From Ascidiella aspersa (taxonomy: Eukaryota), in NCBI GenBank assembly GCA_963924565.1, contig OZ004607.1:29946001-30010000 (forward strand): a DNA stretch of 64,000 nt, given 5' to 3'. Positions 12,051-25,279 of the stretch are shown piece after piece. Within the stretch, counting starts at the first letter, position 1, and the number at the start of each line of letters is the position of its first letter. The position numbers and the translations under genes are program-made. The notes below the pieces were generated by a model that made no database searches, was not told the DNA's origin, and saw only the letters and a list, made by a program, of their open reading frames with translations.

Positions 12051-14902
12051 AGGAAGAATCATGTCCGCTAGGTGGCGACAAAGAGCAAACATAATATATT
12101 TTTTTGATAGCACGCTAATTTTTCCAATTTCTTCTAGCATATACATGGAGGCATTTAGTCGAAACTGAGTGTTTTTAATTATAAAATCATATCATGCGGT
12201 AAAATATACTGATATCTGTTTGTGCATTATAAATTTAAAAATTCAGTGAGATTATAAAGTATAGCTAATTAAGGTAACCAATTTGCTATTGTTTTATATT
12301 TCTTGCATTGTGTTTGCTTTTCTCTTGTATTTAGCAATCATGTCAGTATTAATCTATGCTGTAATTTGTATATGACTGCATAGTGCATTGTTTCAATGCA
12401 AAGTTTTTCTACTTCTAATTGTTACCTTTTTAAAAAGTATATTTCACTAAAAATGAAATATGCTTTCCAAAGCAAAACCTATTACAGCCTAACTCACTAC
12501 CATTGCACTTGATAATTTAATCAATTTTGGTTAACTGAGCTTATGGATGACTTTGTTTGGTTTTGGATCGCGGCAGTTTTGCCCAAAATATCAGGTATCG
12601 GTATGCAATAAAATACCAACTGTGCCGAACATCCCTAATCTTGCATGGCATACATACTTTGATAAACTTAGTTTTAGTCTGTAAAAGGTGTTAAATTTCA
12701 ACGCAAGCAAGTTCAGTCGGTACGCTAACCCAGTGGACAGGGGTGTATAGTGTTTTATATTATGCTTTTTACCGGTAATAATATTTATTTAGAGTAACAT
12801 TAGCTCTGACGTCATTGTTCTGCTCTTCTAAAATTCTGCATTAACTTCAAATATGATATTAAACTGTATTGTTAGTTGTATATTTTACGACCAACTAAAC
12901 GAGTTAGCGAATGAACTTGCAGACAACATATATGTGTAGACTGAAACAAGGCTTCAATCATTATTGCATTTGCATAAAGCAAGTACACCTAGACGAAGCT
13001 TAGGACGTACAATACACTGTAGTTCATCGAAGTAATGTACAGTAGTTTTATGGCCAATTCCCGAACAATTTAAAGGTTTTTCTAAAGCGCGATTTGCTTT
13101 TGGGCCACATGGCGCGATTCGTTTAAAACTGGGCTGGCGGAGATTAGAAGTTGTTAACGCTGTTCAACCCCGGCGTACGGCGCTGTCAGACATCTAAAGT
13201 GTCAAACTTTTAGCATGAGAATGAACTTTATTTTAACGCATTTAATACATATACATTTTACTATGTAGCCTTGAAATATGTTGTAAAATATGCTACGTGA
13301 ATAAACCGGCATGACGCGGCACATTGGGGAAGCTCAAGGTTGCCAAAAGTTTTTTTGGTTTTTTAGGTTTTTATTTTTTTCTTCATCCAGTAAGTTTCTT
13401 AATATAATTTTATATCAAGTTTTCAAAAATTAATTGCAAAAAATCAACAAACGAAGTTTCCTTTTATTATATGTACAACATTCATGTATTTTACAAAAAC
13501 AAATATTTATCCAAGTCAAATGGTGTTGCCAAATAAGCTTATTACTGTATGTAAAAACTTATTTCAACACGCATAGCTACTAAAAATGTGTTAACGTAAC
13601 ATGCGAACGGCCTTAACGCGTATCAGCTCTCTGTTCTAATGTGAAACATTATGCTGTGTTTCGGCAAGACAATATTGCCGTACTTGCAATTCTAAACTAG
13701 TTGAGGGAATAAATTACAAAAAAAGTACCCAAAAAGGGAATTTTTGGAAAACTTTTTCTAAGCGTCGTTATAGTTGAGGAATGCACATGTTTGAGTGCTT
13801 AAGCTTTTTCGTCGACTGCAGGCAATTCTAGGTTTAAAGTTCTGGCAACGCTGCATCACTGGATCGCTGACTGCTTGAAGCAACTTGCCCGCTTGTTGTT
13901 AGCGGTGGGTGAAGGATGTACCACGCACCAACTAATCTGGTTTGAAGTTTTTTTTAGTTCATTTGGCTTCTTTTACCCAGCCGCCTTTTTTGCAGGTGAA
14001 GCGGCCGCACTTGCAGGAAATTCGATCAGTATTTGTTCGGTTGCGGTTTTGCGCTTACAGCAGTCGTCTTCTGTCTTGAGACAAAAAACTGACAGGTTAC
14101 AAGAAAATACACCGCATTTTGCTTGACAGCGGATTTCTTATGAAATGCAGGCGTGACACCGCTCTAAAAATGCTAATATCTTCTAGTTTGGCAATAATAT
14201 TTGAGGAGAAAACAGACAGCATTATTAAATAAATAACGTTTCAATACATATCAAACAGCTGTTTGCTCATATCGCCACAGCGATCCAATATTTTGGTTTG
14301 TTTATAGAACCGGTCCGACATTTTTCACCTATTATAAAAATAAATATTTAAGTGGCAATTGGTTCTTGTTTACTATGTCTCTACAATTAAAAAACATGTA
14401 ATTTTAGGCGTAGAACAAGTTGTATCGTCTCACGTGGATTACAGTATGTGTGAAATAGCAACGCGAGTAAATTGACATATTTATATTCAAGAATAAAATA
14501 AAAGTTGATCGATTTATATGTAAAGTTCTCAGAGTGCACTCGGTTAGACTTGTTTTAGACGCTTTTAGCGCTCAAGTTTACCTTGCATAGCGTCTGTGTT
14601 AGAACATGTGTTAGGAATTTGACACTTCAAGGGAACCGAGTTACAACTGAATTCAGGTAAACAGCGAATACGCAGACTAAATGTAATGTTTAAATTTGAC
14701 CCAGTTAATGACAGGTTACAGACATTTATTGCTGTGCATATCACTTTGTCAAAATAATTTTCTAAACGGTATACTTGGTTTTGTAGATAAAAACGTATAG
14801 AGGCGATGCTTACATATAAAGTTGGTGGCAGTGTTTAACATTTATAGTATTTACTTTTTTTGATTGAAATAAATATTTGTTTTCTAGGCTACTACACATA
14901 GA

Positions 14903-16534
14903 ATGACGAAGTTAAAGGATTTAGGCTACTATGAAAGGCGTCTCTGCTTGCTTTTGTTTTTCTCGTCGATTCCAAATGGATTTACAACGTTCCAAGTTCT
15001 AATTCTGCATTTCACCCCACCACATAGATGCAATGTTCTGGAACAAAATCAGTTGGAAGGGCAAACCACCATTTACACAAATCACAGCGGAAACATCCAA
15101 ACGGAGCAGACTCTTAATTTGACAATACCTTGGGAAACTATTGGCGGTAAAACATCAAGAAGCAAGTGTTTTCAATTTGAATCTTTTAACAGTTCTGCAG
15201 CCAACAGAACAAAGATTCCTTGTAGGTCGATATACTACGAAGGAATCGAGGTTTCAGCTGTAACGGAATTTAACCTTGTATGCGACAGAGCGTGGCTGAG
15301 GCCTGTGCTTACTTCAGTTCAATTTGCCGGCATGTTAATCGGAGCTCTCGTTAGTGGTTATCTTGGCGATCGATTTGGTAGGCGCCCGATTTTTCTTATA
15401 TTTACTGCTTGGCAGTTTATGGCACTTTTTATGTTGAGTTTTGCAAAAGAGGTTTGGTCATACGCGATTCTTTTTCTACTAAGTGGGATAGGTAGCCTTG
15501 TGAACTACAATGTAGCAACTGTAATAGGCTCCGAAATGACAACAAGGAAATACCGCTTGTGGATGTATTTTGTCCTACTCATGGGATATACTGTAGGCTA
15601 CATGATGCTGTCACCATTAGCTTTCTGGTTGCGCGATTGGAGATGGTTCCTACGATTTTGTGGATTAATTGGTGTTCTCTATACTCCTTACTACTGGTTA
15701 ATCGATGAAACACCACGCTGGTTGCTTGCATCTGGAAGGGTTGTTCAGGCCAAACACATTTTCCAAAAGATTGCAAGATATAACAAAAGCAGTTGTGAAA
15801 CAGTAAGTTCCTTGATTGAAAGCAAATCGCAAGAATCATTTACTGCTATTAGAACCATTATAAATATTGGAAAGGAACCCATTTTGTTGTTTCGATTTGC
15901 TATTTTGGCTTTAATATGGTTTGATATGGGTTTTATGTATTACGCTTTGGGCTTTAGTACTAACAATTTAAGTGGCAACAGATTTTTAAATATTTTTCTA
16001 TCAAGCTTGGCAGAATTGGGCGGAGGCCTTTTGTTTCCAGCGTGCGAACGAAAGTTTGGAAGAGTTAACTCGTACATTTTGCCAACAACGCTTTTTGGAC
16101 TTTCCATGATTGTGACTTGCTTCGTGCCAGAGAGTCAAGTTGCGGCCCTAATTTCGTTAAATATGTTTGGCAAGTGTATGGTGGCGCTTTCGTACGCAGT
16201 GGTTTATGTTCAAATCACAGAGGTGTTCCCGACCAAGGCAAGGCAAACTGTGCTGTTTGTTGTTGTCGTAGCATCAAAAGTTGGTGCAATCCTGGCACCG
16301 ATCCTGAATTACGTCGGAGAAGAAGGCAACACTCTAATACCTTCTTTAATTATAGCAGCCATGATGTTACTGAGCGCTTTTGGTTGCGCGTTTTTGCCCG
16401 AAACCAAAGGTGTCCAACTACCTCAGACCGTCGAAGAAGCAAAGGCAATGCCGAGGAAAAAATGGTGCAACTCGGGGCGGCCTGCTGGACTATCCACAGT
16501 AGAACTTTCACAAGAAATGCGACAATCAACCTGA
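14903..16534 (+). CDS. SLC22-family organic ion transporter, 543 aa, single coding exon
   Basis: Uninterrupted ORF with TM1, Cys-containing extracellular loop (PHRC...SKC...IPC...NLVC), GDRFGRRP, IDETPRWL, EVFPTKAR and LPETKG motifs typical of SLC22/MFS. Confidence 0.95.
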   Translation: MTKLKDLGYYERRLCLLLFFSSIPNGFTTFQVLILHFTPPHRCNVLEQNQLEGQTTIYTNHSGNIQTEQTLNLTIPWETIGGKTSRSKCFQFESFNSSAANRTKIPCRSIYYEGIEVSAVTEFNLVCDRAWLRPVLTSVQFAGMLIGALVSGYLGDRFGRRPIFLIFTAWQFMALFMLSFAKEVWSYAILFLLSGIGSLVNYNVATVIGSEMTTRKYRLWMYFVLLMGYTVGYMMLSPLAFWLRDWRWFLRFCGLIGVLYTPYYWLIDETPRWLLASGRVVQAKHIFQKIARYNKSSCETVSSLIESKSQESFTAIRTIINIGKEPILLFRFAILALIWFDMGFMYYALGFSTNNLSGNRFLNIFLSSLAELGGGLLFPACERKFGRVNSYILPTTLFGLSMIVTCFVPESQVAALISLNMFGKCMVALSYAVVYVQITEVFPTKARQTVLFVVVVASKVGAILAPILNYVGEEGNTLIPSLIIAAMMLLSAFGCAFLPETKGVQLPQTVEEAKAMPRKKWCNSGRPAGLSTVELSQEMRQST

Positions 16535-16551
16535 ATATTACTAGTTACGGA

Positions 16552-16734
16552 CAGGTTATTTTTTAAGGTTTGGTTTGGGTGACCGCTAAGTAGTTTTAAG
16601 AGACCGCAAGTGTTTCATTTAAATACTAAAAAATAGCCATATTTGCTTAAACGAATTATTTATTATTTTTTGGGAAACCGCTGGAGAAATTTGTAGGACC
16701 GTTTCAGTCCCCCAAAACATCTTAAAAAACACTG
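16552..16734. mobile_element. Short hAT-type MITE just 3' of the SLC22 stop codon
   Basis: Imperfect TIRs CAGGTTATTTTTTAAGG / TCTTAAAAAACACTG; 8-bp TSD GTTACGGA (16544-16551, 16735-16742); second copy at about 30186-30342. Confidence 0.8.
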
Positions 16735-19700
16735 GTTACGGATATTGATTAGTGGTTTAAATGATTTGGTAGGGATTAGCCCAATCACCATTTGCGCTTG
16801 ATCGAAAGCCATTTACAATTGAAAAGAACGCAAATTAAAAAATGATGATATTTCTTGCCGCGAGTTGCCGAGAGTTCCGTTCAATGTTGGACCTTTTTCT
16901 TCTGTTCGATTTAACTAACTAATCCTAACCAAAAACTAAAGCGTATCTTGTGTAATGTCTTATTAATATATTGCCTCGCAAATGTGATGTCAAAATACAG
17001 ATGCAAGTAAAGGGATCTTTTTATATCATATATTAAAAACAATAAATTACGGTAAAAATGTTTAGGTCTGGCAAGAATATTAAAACTAAAAAATCACAGG
17101 GGTTTTCTTTCTTGAGTTAAAGCACATATAATTATATACACTTTAGATATAGAGTTCTACTTATAAGAGTATACGTGCACTGGCTCGTATTTCTGACCAC
17201 GCTTTGGAGGGATTTTATTTTCTTAGATTTCACATTACGAGAAAAGCAACCCATTGCGGTTTCGTAAGTTCTGCTCTTTGTTGTATAGGCCTATACGTCG
17301 ACGGTCACAATTGTACATATTGAGGACTGACGAGGTATAGAATAAAATTTGTACTATCTGATTGCTCTTTAAACGTCAACTAAGAAAACACATTATGTTA
17401 TACTATGGGTAATTAGGCAAGTTTCCTGTGATTTATAAAATTTATATTTCACAAATTCTCACCGTTTTTCGATAAAAATGTGGTTTACGTGGGTATTTTA
17501 ATATCATTGCAGAGTTCAGTCATTCGAAAACACAATTTGACAATACGATATATAACGCAATATTGACAATAACACCATGGGGAAACCAGGACGCCATGCC
17601 CTTCAAACTATTTTATTCTATTCTTTATTAACTTTAACTATAGTAGGCTATATATAAATATAAAGAAAAACGCGTTCAACACTTGAAGAAGAATATTGCA
17701 GAACTAAAATTATCCCTTTTGACCAATTCTTTGGCGTTTCTATATTTAAATGTTTTGCGTGCGAATCAGTGCACTTCTTATAAAACAAATTTCGCTATAC
17801 TTCGGTATAACACGCAGCGAGAGATTAAACTTTGATTGCACCGACGGCCAGCAAAACCAGCAAATATTGCCTACTGGCGGCGGTGTCGACTATAAACGCT
17901 GTTTTTTTTGCACTTTGTCTGATATCCCCCGCACACTTGCAGCGAGCTTGCACACTTCAGCAAACGCGTGGTAGGAATACCGCACCAAACAAAGTAATTC
18001 AACATATTTTAGGCTTCCCTCTGAAGCAACAGCGTCCGATGCAAACAAGGGTGTTTCCATTGTAATCGACTATTATCCATTCGTAAAGGAAGCAAGACAT
18101 TTCCATCCTGCAATTTTTGCATATCATGCTATAGGTCCCATGTATTTGTAAGCGAACGCCACGTTAGGGCACATAGCTGGATATCAACAAAACTCTATAC
18201 GTGTAAGTTGTAAGGTTTGACAGTTGGCGATATTTTAATGAAACGTAAAGCATAAAAGGTGACAGCCGAACTGTAGGGCAGGATGACCACAAGTAAGTCA
18301 CTGTTTGGAATTTTCGAAAGCAAAATGTGATTTTATTTAAAATCGCAGCCCCAAAACCTTTGCCGCACATAGTTTAAAGATTAGTGACGGTCCGAGGTGC
18401 TATTGTAACTTAACACAATAATGACTGTTATATTAAACGCTGCTCATTTACAGATATCATTAGGATAAGTAGACTAGTTGAGAAACCACTCTTAGAAAGA
18501 CTAGTTGAGAAACCACTCTTAGAGCACTCAATGAAAGTACAATGAACATAAAGCACGGAATGGTAACCCTGCCTATGAATGTTAGCCGCACGTGGTACGA
18601 AAAGAAATTTTAAGTTAAAAACTGGGAACTTAGACAGCTTTATACCAAATGAACAGCACCGGAAAAGCGACGACTGATCAATTTGCGCTTGTTCAATCGA
18701 AACACGTGGCAAAGTGGCCACTTGAGGGTCATCGACCTATAGAAAACAGCATTGTGACCGCTGTAGTATCAACAGAAAATAACACGTCAGTGTGCCGGTG
18801 GTACCATAATACTACCGTGGTATATTGTCCGTAAAGCATAAGCTTAGTTTACTACTGTGAAACATTTTATGCGTTCAACTTGTAAATTTTGGTGGTAAAA
18901 CATTTGTTTAGCTTACGAGATATGAATAATAGAATCGCAGTGCAATGGCGGCTTTTAGTATAAGCTTTCGTCAGTTGTAATCTGAAGCCTTTCATTTCCC
19001 TTTGCAAGCGTTTCAAATACTTTAATTTCCGATGCTTTTGCCGTTCCAAAGCTATCTATAACTTATAACGTCAAACGCTCAACAAGCGCCTGTTTTTCGC
19101 ACCAGCAATTGTTAAGCTTTAAGGTATGTTATGGAACCACTGTTGTATGAATGCAGCGGCAACGTTTAACTACTTTACCCAACGTTACATTGCAAATCAT
19201 GCTAAATAATGAAACACGATGTATTTTAATCAGAACTGCACAACATACGGCCCGCGCCAGCAAACCTTCCAGCTCGGGAGTCTCATTTCAAATTCTAGTT
19301 TTAAGCTCGTGTAGCATGGATTAACGTGTGGAGGATTTTTCCCACGCCAGAGTACGCGGAGTAGTTTGTTGCGGGGGCTAAACACAGTGAGTTTGTAAAA
19401 ACACGGCCACAAACATGGTCGAATCCACGAGGACGACCGAACCATACCCCTCAAACTATATTTTTGGTAGAACTATATGGAAATGTTTTTGTTCGTTTTA
19501 AGGCAATCTATTCAGACCAAAAGCGCCATGCATACTATGGAATCTTGCACAGTGCGACTCACAAACTTACAAATTTATGGTAGATAGACTATATGAATGT
19601 GAGAAACATGCGGATCCCTTTTAAGTGCCTTTCATCTGCAAATTTGCGCACGAGTTCGCTGTAGAACTATGCACTTTGCAATGGTTATATATAACTTCAG

Positions 19701-22393
19701 TATGCTGCCCGCGAGGTTAATTCTGCTTGTTGCGGCATTTTACCATTTAATGTTGTGCAGGTCAGGTTCTAATAATTCTCTGTAATGTATGGTTAAAACA
19801 TTTTACAACGGTAAGATTATGCTTAATTTTATTAGTTTCTACAGCAATTTTGTACATCACGTTTTTGCCCTTTTTATATAGTTTTTAAACTTTTTTACAA
19901 CAAAACTACGAAATCTGCGGAACATTAGCACAGCAAACGTTCGATGTGCTAACGTTATGCAGGAATGGTCAGCGAGAGCCTATTCTGGAGCAGCCGCTTG
20001 TTGATGTTAAACAAAACTGTCTACTGAAATTACTGTCAAATTAGTTCGGCTAAAGCTGTTTTTTCGTTTTGCTACATCCAGTTCTGGGGTCAAATTGGAA
20101 CGTTCTAGCCATAAGGCAATCAGTCGCCAATTAAACATATTATGTTTATTTTAAGTCAAAAACCGCCGATTAAATAATCGTCAGTGGAAATTACGTTTTC
20201 GGCTCGACTGGCAATAAAAACAATTACTGTCGCGCTTTTATTTTTATGGCATGATAACTAGAGCTAATCGTTATAAAAAGTATCGCGTGTGAGTTAATAA
20301 TTATGATCTTTTAGGTAAACCCAGCTTTAGGCTGTGGATTGTATATACCAGTGGTTTACAAATTGCGGGCCATGGCCCAGTATAGTGGGTCACGAGGACA
20401 ATTTCAGTGAAGCATAAAGCTATATGAAAATATCGCGGCATATGTTTCAATAAAATCATTTTTAGCTTATCTAAAGTTTCATGCGACTATACGAAACATT
20501 ATTTTATCCACCAGGGTTCAGGAAGCTAAACAATCCGCGGGTTGGATCCGACCCGACAATAAATGTCATCTGGCCCGCCACCTCTTATACAAACTATAGG
20601 CACGAGGCCATTTCTCATATTTTTTTGGCTATTTTCAGTGCGTAAACGTAAAAATTGTTGACTACAATTTTAGGCCAAAACAACGAATTTTTTTCTTTAC
20701 TGCATTCTTGAAACGCATTAGAAGCAAGGGCAGACAAATACTGACAATTAGAAAGCTATTGTTAATCAATTTGCATTAGCCGTTACCAGAGGTGAGAAAT
20801 ATTGACAAAACCAATTATTTTTTTAAATAATATAACAGATTAAAGATAGGATATATTTAACGCCTCTATGAGTCGTTTGGTATTCTTCCGAATTTTTTAT
20901 TCTCTACGCAGTTTTTCGACTATATTGGCGTAAAGTGTAGACTATAGTCTATGTACATCAGCCAGCCTGGTTGATATATTTTATTTCGCTGATGGACTAA
21001 ATGGCGCACAAAAACAGTTTACGGTACATGGTTGGCCACGAACTGTTTTCTGAAAAAATCGGCCAACGAAATAAAAAGTTTGGGTCCACTGGTATATACG
21101 AAAGCCAACGTACTGAAATAAAGATAAAATAACTTAACGTTTGGTTAACAACAGCACCCTGATGCTTATCACTTATTAAAACAGCACTGGCGTATTGTAT
21201 TTTTGATTTGCTTACGATGTTGTACTCCACCACGGCCTATAAATATTCAAAACTTTTTTATGGTGGTTTATATGAAACACAGGTTTTACCGCCACGGATT
21301 TGAATACAGACAGACAGAAAAAACCTAGAAAGTCGACTCACAAAATACGTGCATTAAATCCTTCCGCAATAGCCAATGTCGTCACAGCATAAACAAAAAG
21401 GAATCGTGGTTTCCTGCAGTTTACTCATCGATGTAGTTGAGCTCCACTGATGATCGTTGTCAGAGGGTTCTTTGTACTGGATATACTGCAGCGACGGCTA
21501 GCTTTATCCTTAAGCTATAATAGCTGATCTATTTCAATAGTTTAATACGATTTAAAAGCAGGTTAAAGTGTGCTCGTATTAATTATTACCCTGAAAAGTT
21601 TAGCTGATATATGTTGCCAAACATTAGTAGCCTACATTGTTTACATCACAAAAACGATTTTTATCAAATACTAGTTACTGCTTTTTTTGAAAAGCCTTGA
21701 TAAATTCTGTATGTAGTGACAAACACGAAAAAAAAGTTTTGACTTGTACCATTATGTTAATGTTTATTAGGCATTGTGACATCAAGGTTAGAAATAACCG
21801 TCCTACACCTAATACCGTAACTACATACGACGAAAACGTTACAGTTTTTGTTTTGATTGGTGTAATAAGTCTTGAATTGACAGAATGTTAGCACAGGAAA
21901 GCTTCCATAAATCGGAAATAAGCACAATCTTATTCAATAGGATATGACAACCCATGAACCCATGTATGATATGAGCAATGAGGGCAAATGAAATACACAC
22001 TAAGTGAGTGAGGCTTTGGTAGGCAGTTTGGTTAGCCTTTTATATAGACAGCACTCACATTTGAAATACTATAAACAAATTGGCATTTTCAGCTACCCAG
22101 CTTTCCGATATAACTTTATTATATAACAAAAGCAAGGAATCCTATTTTGTCATGATTTGTTTAACCTGTTCGAACAAAGGCTGTTTCTGCTTGTGGTATG
22201 CTGCTAACAGTCGTACTCAAGATGTAAAGTCGAATGGCGATAAAACCTATACATGATTAAAATGTTAAAAGCAGCTTTGCTGCTATAGGTTTCTGCGGAT
22301 TAGATTTAAATGTGTTTATGTTTGTTCTAGAAAAAGTACCTTGTTCATTAAGTTCCTTAAAACAACTAAATTCCACCATTAAGGAGGTGAAAG

Positions 22394-24049
22394 ATGGCAA
22401 CAGAGGAAAAGCTTGGGTATTACGAAAAGCGCCTGTGCCTTCTTCTGTTTTTGTCGTCCATTCCGAATGCTTTCACCACTTTTCAGATTTTAATCCTTCA
22501 ATTTATACCTTCTCATCGCTGCAACGTATTTAACCAAGTGGACAATTATACCGGTTCCTTTAAAAACTCAAACTTAACTTTGGAAGAAGCGCTAAACCTC
22601 ACAATACCCTGGGAAACGAGAAATAATGGGAAAATTTCAAGAAGCAAGTGTTTTCAATACGATTCTCGTCGCAATTATTCTCAGGAAAACCGAACGAAGG
22701 TTCCCTGTGAATCAATGTACTACGAAGGAATTGAGGTTTCAGCTGTGACTGAATTTAACCTCGTATGTGACAGAGCATGGATGAGACCTGTATTTGGATC
22801 CGTTATGTTTGTGGGAATGATGCTCGGATCTCTTGTGAGCGGATATCTTGCTGACCGATTTGGAAGGCGCCCGGTATTTCTTATATTTACGGCCTGGCAG
22901 TTCATTTCGGTTTTCTTGCTCAGTTTTGCGCCCGATGTTTGGTCTTATATTGTGCTATACTTGCTTTGCGGCATCGGAAACTTGGTAAATTACAACATCG
23001 CTTCTGTTATAGGATCTGAAATGACAACCAAAAAATATCGCCTGTGGATGTACTTTGTCCTTCTGATGGGATTTTCGGTCGGGTACGTGTTGATGTCACC
23101 ACTCATATACTGGTTTCGCGACTGGCGCCTGTTTCTCAGATTCAATGGTTTAATTGGACTTCTCTATATTCCTTACTACTGGTTAATCGACGAAACACCA
23201 CGCTGGTTGCTGGTGACAGGCAAATTAAACGAGGCCAAAGAGATTAGGCAAAAGATTGCTAAAATTAACAAAAGCCATGGCGAAAGTTTGGATTTTCCTC
23301 ATGAGGTTGATGATCAGAAGTCGTTTTCTGCTACACAAACCATTGCTAAGATTGGAAAGGATCCCGTTTTGTTGTTTCGTCTTGCTATTTCGTCTTTTAT
23401 GTGGTTTGTCCTAGGTTTAATGTATTTTGCTCTGGCATTTGGTACCAACAACCTTAGTGGAAATCGGTTTTTAAATATATTTTTGTCAAGCTTTACAGAT
23501 TTGGGGGGAGCGCTTTTATTTTTTGTCTGCGAACGTAAGCTGGGAAGAGTCAACACTTACATTTTGCCAACTACGCTCTTCGGACTCTCCATGATCGTAA
23601 CTTGTTTGGTACCAGAGAGTCAAGTGGCAGTTTTAATATCGCTGAATCTCTTTGGGAAGTTAATGGTATCGTCGTCGTACGCGATTGTTTATGTTCAAAT
23701 TATGGAGATTTTTCCCACCAAAGCCAGACAAACCGTGATATTTATTGTTGTGTTGGCATCACGAGTTGGTGGAGTTCTGTCACCGGTTATGATTTACGTC
23801 GAGGAAGAAGACATTAATCTGATACCTTACCTAACTGCTGCCTTCCTAGTTTTGCTTAGCGCTTTTGCCTGTGCTTTTTTGCCTGAAACCAAAGGAACCT
23901 CGCTACCTCAAACGGTGGACGAGGCAAGGACAATGCTGAGAAAGCAATGGTGCAGCTCTGGGCAGACCAACAGAAAAGCATCCCCATCCCTGGAAGTAAC
24001 ACACGAGTTACAGAGTTCGCTTTGGAACACAAAAGAACCGGAAATTTAG
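22394..24049 (+). CDS. SLC22-family organic ion transporter, 551 aa, single coding exon
   Basis: Uninterrupted ORF colinear with 14903-16534; ADRFGRRP, IDETPRWL, EIFPTKAR and LPETKG motifs. Confidence 0.95.
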   Translation: MATEEKLGYYEKRLCLLLFLSSIPNAFTTFQILILQFIPSHRCNVFNQVDNYTGSFKNSNLTLEEALNLTIPWETRNNGKISRSKCFQYDSRRNYSQENRTKVPCESMYYEGIEVSAVTEFNLVCDRAWMRPVFGSVMFVGMMLGSLVSGYLADRFGRRPVFLIFTAWQFISVFLLSFAPDVWSYIVLYLLCGIGNLVNYNIASVIGSEMTTKKYRLWMYFVLLMGFSVGYVLMSPLIYWFRDWRLFLRFNGLIGLLYIPYYWLIDETPRWLLVTGKLNEAKEIRQKIAKINKSHGESLDFPHEVDDQKSFSATQTIAKIGKDPVLLFRLAISSFMWFVLGLMYFALAFGTNNLSGNRFLNIFLSSFTDLGGALLFFVCERKLGRVNTYILPTTLFGLSMIVTCLVPESQVAVLISLNLFGKLMVSSSYAIVYVQIMEIFPTKARQTVIFIVVLASRVGGVLSPVMIYVEEEDINLIPYLTAAFLVLLSAFACAFLPETKGTSLPQTVDEARTMLRKQWCSSGQTNRKASPSLEVTHELQSSLWNTKEPEI

Positions 24050-24940
24050 GAAATATAATCGTTGGCAGTTGTGCGCGGTGTCAAAATGCTGCACTTGCCT
24101 AACAATCGTGTATGAGTTTTCAGTGCCTGACACATACACATTCGCCACGAAGTTCAACGATGCTGCGCACTCGATACAAGGTCTGTGTTTTCATTAAGGG
24201 AAATTTTAACTAGGAAAACAAGTACCCGAAAATGCATCGGCGCCTACCTCATACTGCGGTAGACAACTTATAGTTTCCTTAAACGTTTAGAAATTAGCGT
24301 CCAATTACATTAAAGACTTATTTTTTTGTTTAGTCTATTTTGTTTGGGTCTAACAAATATCGTAAGTTTTTGTTAATGTAGTAATGCTATCGGTTTGTTT
24401 GGCCGTACGTATTTAAAATATGCACTAAGGATACGAACAAGGTGCAGAATAGTAAAACCCCTGTTCTTGCCTCTTTCCTTACTCGCTTTTATTTCGTCTA
24501 TTTTTTATTTGCAGTACACGCAATACACGGCCTAAGGTGAAAACGCCGAGACAAGTTTGACGTTTACAAAATATAAAACCTTCCAATAGTCATTGACCAG
24601 TGCAGTTTTCCCTTTAGGAAAATATTTTTGTTAGTGAGCCAGATTATTTTAGGGCTGAGTAGGGGCCCAGTGCATATCAATGTTTTTTGTTTGGAGCGAG
24701 TCGTGGTCATTTTAAAGATGACGTCACAAAGCGAGACGTCATTAAACAAATATTCTTAATCAACTTTCTGTTCCCGGTTGAACACGGAAATGTGCAATTA
24801 CCGGTAGCCTAGTCCTAATTTTTTTAGGTACCGGTATTAGTCCTATTTTGGTCTTATTCCGAACTGTGTTTTATTCAGACGTTCGTGTTGTCATTAAATA
24901 GGTCTTTTGGCTGACGTCCAAAATAAGTAATGTGTTAGAC

Positions 24941-25279
24941 CAGCGGTTCCCAAACTTTTCTAAAAATTTTGCCTGGTTGACCGGTTGGAACTATTTTGAT
25001 ATTTCGCGGCCCAATAAAATTCAAGTGTAATTTGACCAATGTTTCTTCTAGTACACTAATTTAGTGCAGTCACGATTCTTACTAATGTAACAACTCTATA
25101 ACTAATGCGAACGATTCGCTGATAGCAGATACTACATCATAATAGATGCTTTATGATGTCACCAGAGAAAAACCTTACGGTACTTTTAAAGAAAACTTAA
25201 GGACTAACTCTCCTTGCGGACCATCTGAAACTGCTGTACGGACCCCAGTTGGTCCGCGGACCCCAGTTTGGGACACGCG
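24941..25279. mobile_element. hAT-type MITE
   Basis: Left end CAGCGGTTCCCAAACT, degenerate right end AGTTTGGGACACGCG, TSD TGTTAGAC both sides; its 3' part recurs inverted at about 43190-43270. Confidence 0.7.

Noticed and set aside
13840-14130. GC-richer exon-like block and 83-aa ORF
   Set aside because: No recognisable homology, stops in the plausible minus frame and no partner exons.
16117-16566. 149-aa alternative-frame ORF overlapping SLC22 (similar ones at 8099 and 23602)
   Set aside because: Lengths are not conserved between paralogs and starts are non-ATG; shadows of the main frame.
17327-17380. CTGACGA box as a hammerhead
   Set aside because: No stem II closed by a GAAA box follows; the same applies to CTGATGA near 21448 and 35387.
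17750-19454. Several 60-100 aa ORFs in the SLC22 intergenic region
   Set aside because: No family motifs or consistent splice chain; expected by chance.
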